Origin: Candidatus Woesebacteria bacterium
Lineage (GTDB): Bacteria > Patescibacteriota > Microgenomatia > UBA8517
Assembly: GCA_963716475.1 (NCBI GenBank)
Contig: OY970314.1
Coordinates: 564,790-628,789, forward strand
Direction of reading: 5' to 3'
Length of the DNA stretch: 64,000 nt
Part shown: one piece after another, positions 20,286 through 29,760 of the stretch
How positions within the stretch are numbered: the first letter of the stretch is position 1
Layout: each line of letters starts with the position of its first letter
Notes under the pieces: generated by a model
What the model was told of the DNA's origin: nothing
Database searches by the model: none
What the model saw: the letters and a program-made list of their open reading frames with translations, nothing else
Position numbers and translations under genes: made by a program

Positions 20286-21814
20286 TAGTTTACTTCAAAG
20301 AATAACAGTGCATCCTGCGGACCTTCCTGTTGATATTCTGTTGTTCCCGGAAGACGGGGTTCTTTGGGATATGACTCAATAAGTGTAAGGTTCAGTTTGG
20401 CCGGATCCGCTACTAAACGTGATTTATTGACAATAAAATAGGTCAAATTTCCGGAGAGTTTTGATTCAACCAATGGCTGTGGAACTTTGCTTATTGCCAG
20501 GCCTGTTCCGACTACTATGGTATTTGGCAAGTCCTGAACGTACATAGTAAAACCGTCAGGAAGAGTCCCAAAATATCCTTCGGTACCTACCACAATTTTC
20601 TTCCCGGGATTTTCAATGCGTACATTTCTAACATAATCAGCCGCTTCTTTTATCCCGATTCCCGATGTCCATTCCTGAAAATACCCCATTCGCTCGCGAC
20701 TGGGAAAATTAGCTTTCTCCGGATTTGTTACCAAAAACCAATCAAATATTCCGGCTTGGACTATAAATACTATAAAGGCCAAAACTGTTACATATTTCCA
20801 TTTTCCTGCCAAACCGGCAAAAGCTCCGGCAGCAAATACATAAAGAGGCGGAACCAAAAATAGAATATATCTTAATGTAAAACTTTTAGTATACTCGGCC
20901 TCGAACAGGAGTGGTGCCAAAAACCAAGCTCCGAGTATCAGAATGTATTTTCTATACTTTTTGAAATTTATTATTATTCCGATAGCTGCCAAAAGCATTA
21001 GACCAAAAGGCCCCATTGCCGTTAACCAACTGAGCGTGGTCGGAAGATTGTAACGGATGGGATCCGTCGGATTGGTCAAAATTCTTGAAAGCGGGAATAC
21101 ATAATCCCCGGTACGGGAAGAAAGAAGACTGAAATTCGGCCCCAGTCTCTGAATGTTATACATTCCAAATGCAATAAAATAAATTACCATTAAAAGCCCT
21201 GCGTATTTTAATATATTTTTCGGCTTTTTAAGTAGAATTACGGCCACGGGTATAAGAGCAGCGAAAAAAAGCGCCGGTGATTTGGTTAAAGACGCCAGGC
21301 CCAAGCTAAAACCCGTGATCATGGCCAGATCGAGACGTAAAGAATCGGCGGTAATGAGACTTAAGTAAAGTGTCCATATACCCAAGCAGGTCAGAAGTGA
21401 ATCGACAAGAGCCATCCTGTCAAAAAAGAGAGATAGAGGTGAGAGTGCCCAGAGGATTGAGGCGAAAAGCGCAGCCAATTTTGACTTAAAAATATAGTAA
21501 GTCAAAAGGAACAAGCCGATCATACTCCCAATTCCTGAGACGGCAGAAAGTAGTCTGCCTGCAAAAAGCGGGTCCGAAAGCCTTTTGACATAAAACATCA
21601 GGATCCACATAAAAAGAGGCTGTTTACCGTCAGATAGCGGCAAAAATCTTAACGTGGGTTCCGAAACCATAATTTGACTCCAACGTATGTATATGGCCTC
21701 ATCCGCAAACACCGGAATAATAGTCAGGTGAAAAAGCCTAAGTGCAAATCCGGCAAGAAGAATCCCCAATCCGGCCAGAACAACCCACCCCCACCCTTTC
21801 CAAAATTTCTGCAT
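20285..21814 (-). CDS. ArnT/PMT-like GT-C glycosyltransferase
   Basis: LRLFHL..PVFADEAIY, DGKQPLF.W, GRLLS, FFDRMALVD, TK; start at ATG 21814 after GAAGGA. Confidence 0.83.
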   Translation of the reverse strand: MQKFWKGWGWVVLAGLGILLAGFALRLFHLTIIPVFADEAIYIRWSQIMVSEPTLRFLPLSDGKQPLFMWILMFYVKRLSDPLFAGRLLSAVSGIGSMIGLFLLTYYIFKSKLAALFASILWALSPLSLFFDRMALVDSLLTCLGIWTLYLSLITADSLRLDLAMITGFSLGLASLTKSPALFFAALIPVAVILLKKPKNILKYAGLLMVIYFIAFGMYNIQRLGPNFSLLSSRTGDYVFPLSRILTNPTDPIRYNLPTTLSWLTAMGPFGLMLLAAIGIIINFKKYRKYILILGAWFLAPLLFEAEYTKSFTLRYILFLVPPLYVFAAGAFAGLAGKWKYVTVLAFIVFIVQAGIFDWFLVTNPEKANFPSRERMGYFQEWTSGIGIKEAADYVRNVRIENPGKKIVVGTEGYFGTLPDGFTMYVQDLPNTIVVGTGLAISKVPQPLVESKLSGNLTYFIVNKSRLVADPAKLNLTLIESYPKEPRLPGTTEYQQEGPQDALLFFEVN

Positions 21815-21825
21815 TCCTTCCGATA

Positions 21826-23214
21826 TTATCTCACACCCTCCCAAAGCAAGCCAACCCCATCAAAATCCCTTATAGCTTCAATTCCCTTGTATCCGGGAGG
21901 CACAACGATCGTAAAAATTTGCCTTTGATTTTTCAGAGGAGGCAAATCCGGCGTGGCACCGTAATAATTGAATAAAAACGGGTAACCAAATCCGTAACCA
22001 GGTTGAACACTCAGGGAGACTCCGTACCCCGATTTTCCGCCCATTTGAATAATCGTTTGAACGGCTTGCTCTTTTGCCCAAAGGTTCATCGGTTTTACGT
22101 GTATTTTCCAGGCTGCAATGTTAATAAATATCAGAAAAATAATAACTGCCAGAGTTACCACATCATATTTTTTGATTTTCTCAAAAACATAGCCGGATAA
22201 AATTATAAATGACGGAAGGGCTGACATTAAATAGTATTCCGAAAAATTAGATCTGTAAAAAAGGAAGAAAATGAAAGGGACAAAAAGAAAAAGCAGCGAG
22301 AGGGCCAACACCTTTCTATATTTAATTTCTTTCACTATTCCGACTACACAAGCTAAAATTGTTGCGACGAATATAACAATACGAAAAGCCACCGGGAAAA
22401 ACATGTAATAAAAACTGGCTGAGTTCGAGATTAAAGTCATAATAATCTTGCTTATGGGCGGGGCCAGCCCTGTTATAACAAGTCTAAATACTGAAAATAG
22501 TCTTCCAAAATTCACGAAACTGTGGGTCACATCAAAGACAATACTCGTTAGAAAACCTACAATCACTATCAATAGGGAGTAAAAAATCCATTTCCCGTCA
22601 AACTTAGGCTTAAACATTAACCAGTAGACAAGGGCTGCCGGAGGAAGAAGAAAAATCGCAAAATGTGCCTGAAATCCAATAACAAACCCCAAAAATGAAA
22701 CAAAAATCCCAAAAGGTTCTTTATCTGATATATAAACCCCATAAATAACCAAAAGTTCGGCAATATAAAAAAGCGATGGGGCCCAGGGACTTTGATCCCA
22801 AGTTATTAATGTTAAGGAAATGGTACTGAGGAGACTAAGTATCAGAGCGGTTTTTTCTGAATAGAACTTCCGGGTGAAGAAATATATCAAAAAAATAAAA
22901 CCTGCTCCCAAAAATACTGAGGTATAAGCACCGGCAATCGGATTACCGTTTGTGAAAATTGCGGATAGTCCCCAAAGATAGGTAAACCCCGGACCTATCG
23001 AATATCCTCCGAGACTTGTTTTTGGCCCTAAAAGTACCGGATGTCCTGATAAAAGATCTTTTGCCCTACCCGCAATTTCTTCCTGGTCCGCATCAAATGG
23101 AGTTCTTGTCTCTAATTTGTAAAGGCGCAAGAAAAGCGCAAGGAGGACTACCAAAATGATAGGTACAAATTTCACCAATTTATGAAGAAGTCGATTTAGA
23201 TTTGGGTTCCCCAT
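21826..23214 (-). CDS. ArnT/PMT-like GT-C glycosyltransferase
   Basis: LRLYKL...FDADQ, LLGPKTS...GP..YL, W.P, Q.H; start at ATG 23214 with GGAGG SD and upstream TGcTAGAAT. Confidence 0.8.
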   Translation of the reverse strand: MGNPNLNRLLHKLVKFVPIILVVLLALFLRLYKLETRTPFDADQEEIAGRAKDLLSGHPVLLGPKTSLGGYSIGPGFTYLWGLSAIFTNGNPIAGAYTSVFLGAGFIFLIYFFTRKFYSEKTALILSLLSTISLTLITWDQSPWAPSLFYIAELLVIYGVYISDKEPFGIFVSFLGFVIGFQAHFAIFLLPPAALVYWLMFKPKFDGKWIFYSLLIVIVGFLTSIVFDVTHSFVNFGRLFSVFRLVITGLAPPISKIIMTLISNSASFYYMFFPVAFRIVIFVATILACVVGIVKEIKYRKVLALSLLFLFVPFIFFLFYRSNFSEYYLMSALPSFIILSGYVFEKIKKYDVVTLAVIIFLIFINIAAWKIHVKPMNLWAKEQAVQTIIQMGGKSGYGVSLSVQPGYGFGYPFLFNYYGATPDLPPLKNQRQIFTIVVPPGYKGIEAIRDFDGVGLLWEGVR

Positions 23215-23242
23215 GTCCGCCTCCGTCAAATTCTAGCACATC

Positions 23243-23989
23243 TTAGACCCCGTATTTATTTTGAAGCGCATTCAGACGAACCATAATAAGACCACGAAAC
23301 CCTTCAATGGAATCCTTTATAGGATCTACTTTTGTCCCCTCTTTATGGTGCCAATCAACCGGAACTTCTGCAATTTTATATCCTAACTTTCGGGCAACAT
23401 AGAGAACTTCCAAATCAAATCCCGCTGTTACAGACGCACCTATATTTTTATTATTTGCGTCAAATATTTTAAGACGTTTGAATATTTCGTTTGCAGCCCC
23501 CCTCGTAAAAGCTTTGAAACCGCACTGTGTATCGTTAAAGGGAAGTCTGAGAATTAGAAGACGCAGGAAAGAAAACCCGGTAGCCATAATTTTTCGGATT
23601 ATCGGAGCCCCCTCCCTGCCATGACGTGAGCCGATTACGACGTCAAAGCCCTCTTTAAACTTGGGTAAAATCTTTGCCAGCTGGTCAATCGGTGTTGCCT
23701 GATCGGTATCTGTGAATAAAACTATTTCACCTTGGGCTTTCATAACCCCCGCGGTTACGGTTCCGCCTTTGCCACGGTGCGGCTCCCTTAAAATCTTAAA
23801 CTGTGGGTGTGTTTTAGCAAATTCTTCCGCAGTACTTGCAGTTTTGTCAGTTGAGCCATCATCAACAAACAAGATTTCCCAAGAATAATTCTGTTTCTCT
23901 AAATAATCGTAAACCGAGTCCAACACTCCTGTTCGGAGATTGTATTCTTCGTTAAATGCAGGTATAACAACGCTAAGAAATGTTTTCAT
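23243..23989 (-). CDS. polyprenyl-phosphate sugar synthase (GT2, DPG/DPM synthase-like)
   Basis: LSVVIPAFNEE, VDDGSTD, GKG, FTDTD, DTQCGFKAF, FDLEVL; start at 23989. Confidence 0.88.
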   Translation of the reverse strand: MKTFLSVVIPAFNEEYNLRTGVLDSVYDYLEKQNYSWEILFVDDGSTDKTASTAEEFAKTHPQFKILREPHRGKGGTVTAGVMKAQGEIVLFTDTDQATPIDQLAKILPKFKEGFDVVIGSRHGREGAPIIRKIMATGFSFLRLLILRLPFNDTQCGFKAFTRGAANEIFKRLKIFDANNKNIGASVTAGFDLEVLYVARKLGYKIAEVPVDWHHKEGTKVDPIKDSIEGFRGLIMVRLNALQNKYGV

Positions 23990-24968
23990 TTTTTCTGCCA
24001 TACTTTCTGGCTGCAGTAAGAACTTTATCCACCGCCTGGTCAAACGGCAAACCTTCTATTCTTGCGCCGGCGGCTGCTTTATGGCCGCCTCCGCCCACCT
24101 CCTGGGCTATCTGGGATACGTCAAAACCGGAACGGGATCTAAAACTCACGGAAAGAACTCCATTGTTTGTCTCCACCATAACTATTCCAAAATCGGTATC
24201 CTTAACAATCGGGAAAAACAGATTGGCGACATCCTCTTTAGCATATGGGTATTCTCCAAAATCTTTATAAGTAGCAAGCGAGATCGCAGACCAGACAAAG
24301 CCGTCCTCAATCTTCATACTTTCGATAAATTTGCCCCACATTTTTACTTCCTTATAATCGATATTTCTATAGATGTTAAAAATTATTTTATCTTTATCGG
24401 CTCCCGCATCCATAAGGGACGCTGCAATTCTAAGTGTTCCCTGGCCAACGTTCTGATATTGAAAAGATCCGGTGTCACCAATTATTCCGGTCAAAAGACA
24501 TTCTGCTGTCACCCGATCAATTTTTACATCCCAATCTTCAAAAATTTTGAATAAGAGCTCTCCCGTTGAGGTAGTTTTTGCGTCTATTAAATTAATTTTT
24601 CCAAACTTTTCACTTGAATAATGATGATCAATCATAATTGTATTAATGCTGGGTTTGTTATTATCCTTTAACCCCGTTACCATTGAATATGTTGAAGAGT
24701 CGATTGCGAGAAATAAGTCAAACTCCGAAAAATCGAAAGTTGAAAAATTAACCCTTTTAATTAAGTCCGCGCCGCTAAGAAATTTTAAATCCGCCGGAAC
24801 ATCACTTGGGCATACTATCTTAACTTCTTTACCCAAATTTCTAAGCACCCCGGAAAGTGCCAAGGCGCTTCCAACAGAATCCGAATCCGGACCCCGATGA
24901 CAATTAACCAGGATCTTATTGGCTTTCTTTATTTTCTCCAGTATTTTTGCAGATTCTTTGTAATTCAT
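23973..24968 (-). CDS. nrnA: DHH/DHHA1 bifunctional oligoribonuclease / pAp phosphatase
   Basis: H..PD.D..GS, IDHH, DTGSF, SFRSR, GGGGHKAAAG. Confidence 0.88.
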   Translation of the reverse strand: MNYKESAKILEKIKKANKILVNCHRGPDSDSVGSALALSGVLRNLGKEVKIVCPSDVPADLKFLSGADLIKRVNFSTFDFSEFDLFLAIDSSTYSMVTGLKDNNKPSINTIMIDHHYSSEKFGKINLIDAKTTSTGELLFKIFEDWDVKIDRVTAECLLTGIIGDTGSFQYQNVGQGTLRIAASLMDAGADKDKIIFNIYRNIDYKEVKMWGKFIESMKIEDGFVWSAISLATYKDFGEYPYAKEDVANLFFPIVKDTDFGIVMVETNNGVLSVSFRSRSGFDVSQIAQEVGGGGHKAAAGARIEGLPFDQAVDKVLTAARKYGRKNENIS

Positions 24969-24974
24969 CGCAAC

Positions 24975-26489
24975 TTATTTTGTGTGTCCGAGCTTAAAAA
25001 GCGTACCGCCCCAAACCGGCCACTCGTCAACTATTTTAGTCCATCCGAAATTGGTAATCCAGGCAGAAGAGTTATGGGTTGGGTCACATTTTTCTATCGG
25101 CAATTCGCAGACAACAAAAAGCTGATCAGTTATTGTAAACGCAAGGGAGGAGGGATCAGTATCGACAACTTTGGCCCCCCAAAGAACAAGAAAATATTGA
25201 TAAACATCCCGATTATTAAGGTCTGAGATTGTAGCCAAATTAAATTTTTCTCCGTTCGCTTTTTCCTGTATTACCTTTGCTACCGAGATAGCCCTCTGCA
25301 TTTGATAAGTGGGGTCTGATAAAACCGGGGAGTTGATGATATTAACAACCACTAATAATAAAAGGTAGACTCCAAACATTAAAAATATGATCTTCGATTT
25401 TCTCAGGTTTTCTGCTACCGCGCCGATAAGCAAAAACGGAGCCGGGAAAAGAAAACCCAAGTAATGATCGAAGACCGGATTTTTATATACAGAAATTCCT
25501 GCCAGTCCAATAAGTAACCAGAGAACCACTAAACCTAATGGACTTTTAAACTTTTTGTTCATGATCACCCAAACCAAAACCGATAAAAATAACGCCAAAG
25601 TAACTACGCTTAGATATAAATTTTTAGCAGAAACTAAATTTGATGCAATCATAAATGCGGTTGAGCCGGATTTTGACAAAGAAGCACCTAGCGAAAACCC
25701 TATATCTTTTCTACTAGTCACAAGCGCTTCAATCGCGTGGACATTTGTCCCTCCGTGTCGGATATCGAAAATCAGTAGTGGTGACATTAAAATTAGGAAA
25801 AGCAAGATTCCAATCAAGGAATTTTTTATGAGGTTCTTCTTCATGTTGGTCTTCCTTATATTGATAAACGTCAAAAGCCAAAATACAAATAAAGTCGGCG
25901 CAAGCAATAAACCTAGGTAGTGGGATTGCAAAACAAACGCAAACGAAATCCCCAAAACGACTAGCCACTTAAATTTATTTTCCTTCCAAACTTTCCAGAT
26001 CGAATAAATTGAGAGAAGAGCAAAGAAAGGCATTATGTTCGGATTCCAAGAAGATTTGGAATAAACAATAATTATTGGAGAAATCGCATATAGTCCCGCA
26101 GCAACCAGACCTCCTAGCTTCCCAAACCACATCCTACCTGTCCACCAAACAAAGGCCACGGTGAGAATTCCCAAAACAGCTACCTGCACAGCCGGTCCTA
26201 CCGGAGAAAAGTTAGCAATAAGGAGTGCCGGAGCCATCATGTAGTAATAGAGGGGCCCCAAATACATATTACCGACAGATGTGCCGGGACCGATAAGCGG
26301 AGGGTGAAACTCGGTCAGAAACCTTCTGACAACAATAACGTCGCGGCCTTCATCTCCCAAAAATGTCATGTATTGATCGATCTTGTACAATCGGCAAAAG
26401 GCACCGATTACAATAATTGCCAACAATATCCAAAACTCCACAGGATTTTTCTTAATCCAATTTTTTAAATTTAGTGTAATTTTTTCCAC
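24975..26489 (-). CDS. ArnT/PMT-like GT-C glycosyltransferase
   Basis: RLYKI...TFLGDEGRD, LIGPGTS..YLGPLYYY, SWNPN, QSHY; related to 21826..23214. Confidence 0.83.
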   Translation of the reverse strand: MEKITLNLKNWIKKNPVEFWILLAIIVIGAFCRLYKIDQYMTFLGDEGRDVIVVRRFLTEFHPPLIGPGTSVGNMYLGPLYYYMMAPALLIANFSPVGPAVQVAVLGILTVAFVWWTGRMWFGKLGGLVAAGLYAISPIIIVYSKSSWNPNIMPFFALLSIYSIWKVWKENKFKWLVVLGISFAFVLQSHYLGLLLAPTLFVFWLLTFINIRKTNMKKNLIKNSLIGILLFLILMSPLLIFDIRHGGTNVHAIEALVTSRKDIGFSLGASLSKSGSTAFMIASNLVSAKNLYLSVVTLALFLSVLVWVIMNKKFKSPLGLVVLWLLIGLAGISVYKNPVFDHYLGFLFPAPFLLIGAVAENLRKSKIIFLMFGVYLLLLVVVNIINSPVLSDPTYQMQRAISVAKVIQEKANGEKFNLATISDLNNRDVYQYFLVLWGAKVVDTDPSSLAFTITDQLFVVCELPIEKCDPTHNSSAWITNFGWTKIVDEWPVWGGTLFKLGHTK

Positions 26490-27181
26490 AATCGTAAAAG
26501 ATCGACGAAGCTCTTAATTATGACATTCAGGTTTCTACCCGTTCCAGTACCTTTCAGCCTCGGATAATGTGTCACGGGTATTTCCACAATTTTAAAACCC
26601 GCCCGTTTTGCCTTTATAAGAAGTTCGCTGCTGACAAACGCTCCTCTTTGACTCTCCAGGTGCGGAATTGTGTCAACTACTTTTTTGGAAATTAGCTTAA
26701 ATCCACAATCAATATCACGTACTTTCAAGCCAAAAAGTGCAAAAACCGTCAGTTCCCAGAGCTTACTTGTCATCTTTTTAAAAACTGAAACTTGCCTTTT
26801 CTTGTAATACCCTATTACAAGGTCTGCGCCTGTTTCCTGACGCTTTGCAATAAAGTCCGTAATTTCGGCAAAATTGAACTGCCCATCCGAATCCATAAAG
26901 GCGATCCACGAATATTTACTTTCATATAAGCCGGAGGATATAGAAGCGCCGTACCCTTCATTTGCCCCGTGTGTTATAACGCGGATTCTTTTTTCCGACT
27001 CTGCCAGTTTATCAATCATTTCAGCTGATCCGTCGGTCGACCCGTCATTAACGATAATCAGCTCCCACTCAGCTGCCACATCCTGAAGCACTTTCTCTAT
27101 TGCCAAAACAACACTCTCAATATTTTCTTCTTCATTAAATATAGGTAGAAAAACCGAAAGTTCATCAATTATCTTAGCCAC
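26471..27181 (-). CDS. polyprenyl-phosphate sugar synthase (GT2, DPM1-like)
   Basis: P.FNEE, VNDGSTD, N.GYG, DSDGQF, DIDCGFKL, EIPV.HYPR; GTG 27181 (alternative 27187), TGcTAGACT 7 nt upstream. Confidence 0.87.
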   Translation of the reverse strand: MAKIIDELSVFLPIFNEEENIESVVLAIEKVLQDVAAEWELIIVNDGSTDGSAEMIDKLAESEKRIRVITHGANEGYGASISSGLYESKYSWIAFMDSDGQFNFAEITDFIAKRQETGADLVIGYYKKRQVSVFKKMTSKLWELTVFALFGLKVRDIDCGFKLISKKVVDTIPHLESQRGAFVSSELLIKAKRAGFKIVEIPVTHYPRLKGTGTGRNLNVIIKSFVDLLRLWKKLH

Positions 27182-27231
27182 AAGCACAAGTCTAGCATAT
27201 TACGCCTACGTCGTGCTAATATCTAAGGTAC

Positions 27232-28392
27232 ATGAAAGGAGTGCTCAAAGGGTTTGCTGTTGCTGCCGTTTTATCGATTGTTCCGACACTTTTGATCTGG
27301 CTTCCTTTTTTCCTCCGAATAAGCAACTTTTGGAGTATTCCTCTTCCTCAAAACGGAATGGCTACGATAGTGGCTAATTATGACGGACCGCTTTATTTAG
27401 TTGCTGCAAAAACTCTTTACAGCAAAACGCAAATCGCTGCGAACTTTCAATTTCCCCTGCCTACTGAATATTACACAGCCCATTTCCCCCTATTCCCGCT
27501 TCTAATAAAATTTTTCGGTTTAGTAATTAATTACCCCTATGCAATGTTAATTGTAACGGCGCTATCTTCGATTTTGGCAATCTACTTCTTCATGAAATTA
27601 ATTTCACTTTACGTCGAAAGAAAGGATATTTTATTCCTAACCTTTCTTTTTTCAATTTTCCCGGCAAGGTGGCTTATCGTCAGGTCCGTCGGATCGGCCG
27701 ACCCGCTTTTTGTGGCTTCAATAATCGCTTCTCTCTACTATTTCAAAAATAAAAAATACTGGCTAGCCGGAATCTGGGGTGCCGTTGCCCAGATTACCAA
27801 GTCTCCGGGAATTCTGCTTTTTGTATCCTACCTAGTTTTTCTGTTAATTCCGATTATCAAAAATAAAGTATTTTTACCTGCCAGTAAATGGATCGAAAAT
27901 CTCAATCTTAGGAAGACCTTCCCGATCCTCCTAATTCCTCTTAGCCTTGTCGTTGTTTTCGGATTTTATAAAATCGTCCAGGGAGATTTTTGGGCATATT
28001 TCCATTCCGGTGATAATATCCATTTGGGCTTTCCACCGTTCCAAATATTTAATTTCTCAGCTCCCTGGGTGGGCACTTTCTGGTTGGAGGAAATAATTTT
28101 TGTTTATTTACTGGGGGCTATCGGAGTCTACAAGCTTTTTCAAAAGAAAGAGTTTGAGCTTGCTACGTTTGGTTCAATATTTTTTATACTTACGCTTTTT
28201 ATTGCACACCGTGATTTAATAAGATATTCACTTCCTTTGATTCCGTTTTTATTTGTGGCTTTTTCCGATACGTTGATAAAAAAGGAATTTAAAATCGGAC
28301 TTGCCGTAATTATTATTCCGATTTATTTATATTCTCTGGCATTCATTTCCCAGAATGTAATGCCCATATCCAATTGGGCACCCTTCCTGTAA
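27232..28392 (+). CDS. PIG-V/mannosyltransferase-like (GT76-type) GT-C membrane protein
   Basis: 386 aa polytopic; NYDGPLY, AHFPLFPLL, S.D.LF, TKSPG, RY motifs resemble the PIG-V/Mannosyl_trans2 layout. Confidence 0.68.
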   Translation: MKGVLKGFAVAAVLSIVPTLLIWLPFFLRISNFWSIPLPQNGMATIVANYDGPLYLVAAKTLYSKTQIAANFQFPLPTEYYTAHFPLFPLLIKFFGLVINYPYAMLIVTALSSILAIYFFMKLISLYVERKDILFLTFLFSIFPARWLIVRSVGSADPLFVASIIASLYYFKNKKYWLAGIWGAVAQITKSPGILLFVSYLVFLLIPIIKNKVFLPASKWIENLNLRKTFPILLIPLSLVVVFGFYKIVQGDFWAYFHSGDNIHLGFPPFQIFNFSAPWVGTFWLEEIIFVYLLGAIGVYKLFQKKEFELATFGSIFFILTLFIAHRDLIRYSLPLIPFLFVAFSDTLIKKEFKIGLAVIIIPIYLYSLAFISQNVMPISNWAPFL

Positions 28393-28432
28393 GCCAGCGT
28401 GGGTTTTTGTCATAACTTCAGACTAATCTATT

Positions 28433-28639
28433 ATGAGTACGGAAGCACCGCGTCACTGGAGGCTAAATCAACAAAGATATAATCTCGTCGGAGAAATGTG
28501 CCCGCACTGCGAAACTAAAATGTTCCCGCCGAGAGAAATTTGTAATAGTTGTGGAGAACCGATAAAAGGGGTTGGAGAAGAAGTGCAAACCGGTATCAGG
28601 ATTTCTTTGCCCACGGAAGTTTCCACGTCTTCCAAATAA
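28433..28639 (+). CDS. DUF35/ChsH2-type rubredoxin-like zinc-ribbon protein, N-terminal part only
   Basis: PRHWR...RY.LVG..CPHC...FPPR..C..CG is the DUF35_N signature; no OB-fold follows. Confidence 0.78.
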   Translation: MSTEAPRHWRLNQQRYNLVGEMCPHCETKMFPPREICNSCGEPIKGVGEEVQTGIRISLPTEVSTSSK

Positions 28640-29738
28640 CCAGGTTGTACATCAGGTAGTTAAAGGGAAGCACCAAAACCACAATTATGAAAGGTAGTGT
28701 TATCTGTCTTGCCCCGACGCCTAACACTTTGTCACTTATTATTCCTGCAACAGTTTGAATAAGAAGGGCTCCCAAGGAGGTGCCATTGAAAGTTAGAAAC
28801 TTCTTGATGAGTGCGGCAAAGCCCGTAATTCTTTCACTCTTAAAAGTCCAGATGTTATTCAAGGTAAAGTTACTTATAATCGAAAGCTCGACAGGGACAG
28901 ACCAAGCAATTAAATTTGGAGAATTTAGCCCAGTCAGAATTTTTAGGGTAATTGCATTAATCAAATAGCCGACAAAACCCACCGTCCCGAATTTAATAAA
29001 CCTTTGTTTATCCAGAATTCCTAAAATAATTGCAAGTTTAAATGTCGAAACCATTTCCTTCCAGTTAAATTTGGATTTGTCTTTCGTACGGGCCTCAAAC
29101 TCAAGAGGAACTTCCACAGTCTTACCCGAGTTTTTAATTGATTGATAGAGAAGATCAACCTTATACGCAAACCTGTCAAGGTCTCTTAACTTCGTAAGTT
29201 CAATCTTATTTAACACTCCGTCAACTTTTGTTAATCTGAAACCTGTCGTTAAATCGTGAATTCTGAAATTAAGAAGAACGGTTCGGATAAACAAATTTCC
29301 AAAGAAACTTACCGCCTTCCGGCTCGCCGCCCACTCCTTAGGAACCGACCCTCCCTTAATATACCTGCTACCAATCACGTACTCAGCGCCATTCAGGTAT
29401 GCATCAACCATTGGTTTAACAAAGCGCGGCGGGTGTTGAAAATCGGCATCCATTTCCATAACTGCATCCGCGTGAAGTTCGTTAACGGCAAATTGCATCC
29501 CCCTTACATAAGCCCAACCCAACCCCGGTTTATCCTGCTCCAGAATATGAACATGCTTGTAAGCATTTGAGGCATCTTCTACGATTTCTGTTGTTCCGTC
29601 AGTTGAATGATTATCAACAATTAGAAGCTGCATATCGGCGTTGATTGTGGGGAATTCCCTTTTTACGAGCTCCTCAATCATCCTTTTAATATTCTCGACC
29701 TCGTTCCAAGCCGGCATCACTATCACAACTTTGTTCAT
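28596..29738 (-). CDS. polyprenol-phosphate mannose synthase-like GT2 fused to GtrA flippase domain
   Basis: VMPAWNE, VDNHSTDGT, GLG.AY, EMDADFQH, GSRYIKGG, DLTTGFR; C-terminal RFIKFGTVG...SNFTLNNIWTF (GtrA). Start at 29738; the track's extension overlaps trmD. Confidence 0.88.
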   Translation of the reverse strand: MNKVVIVMPAWNEVENIKRMIEELVKREFPTINADMQLLIVDNHSTDGTTEIVEDASNAYKHVHILEQDKPGLGWAYVRGMQFAVNELHADAVMEMDADFQHPPRFVKPMVDAYLNGAEYVIGSRYIKGGSVPKEWAASRKAVSFFGNLFIRTVLLNFRIHDLTTGFRLTKVDGVLNKIELTKLRDLDRFAYKVDLLYQSIKNSGKTVEVPLEFEARTKDKSKFNWKEMVSTFKLAIILGILDKQRFIKFGTVGFVGYLINAITLKILTGLNSPNLIAWSVPVELSIISNFTLNNIWTFKSERITGFAALIKKFLTFNGTSLGALLIQTVAGIISDKVLGVGARQITLPFIIVVLVLPFNYLMYNLVIWKTWKLPWAKKS

Positions 29739-29760
29739 AGACAAATGATACAATATCATT
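29739..29760. promoter_or_regulatory. 22-bp bidirectional promoter with inverted repeat AATGATA-caa-TATCATT
   Basis: + strand TGaTACAAT (-10 at 29749-29754) 6 nt before trmD GTG; - strand TATCAT (29745-29750) 6 nt before ATG 29738. Confidence 0.72.

Noticed and set aside
23940-24554. 204-aa plus-strand ORF and the many other short antisense ORFs in the track
   Set aside because: They lie antisense to well-supported genes (nrnA, secA, lon and others), show no recognisable motifs and mostly use alternative starts; treated as shadow ORFs
28380-28410. Terminator between the PIG-V-like gene and DUF35
   Set aside because: Only a weak interrupted stem precedes the T-run
29744-29760. Fur box
   Set aside because: Similar to AATGATAAT but the spacing is 7-3-7, not the Fur 7-1-7 TGATAATnATTATCA, and the flanking genes are unrelated to iron
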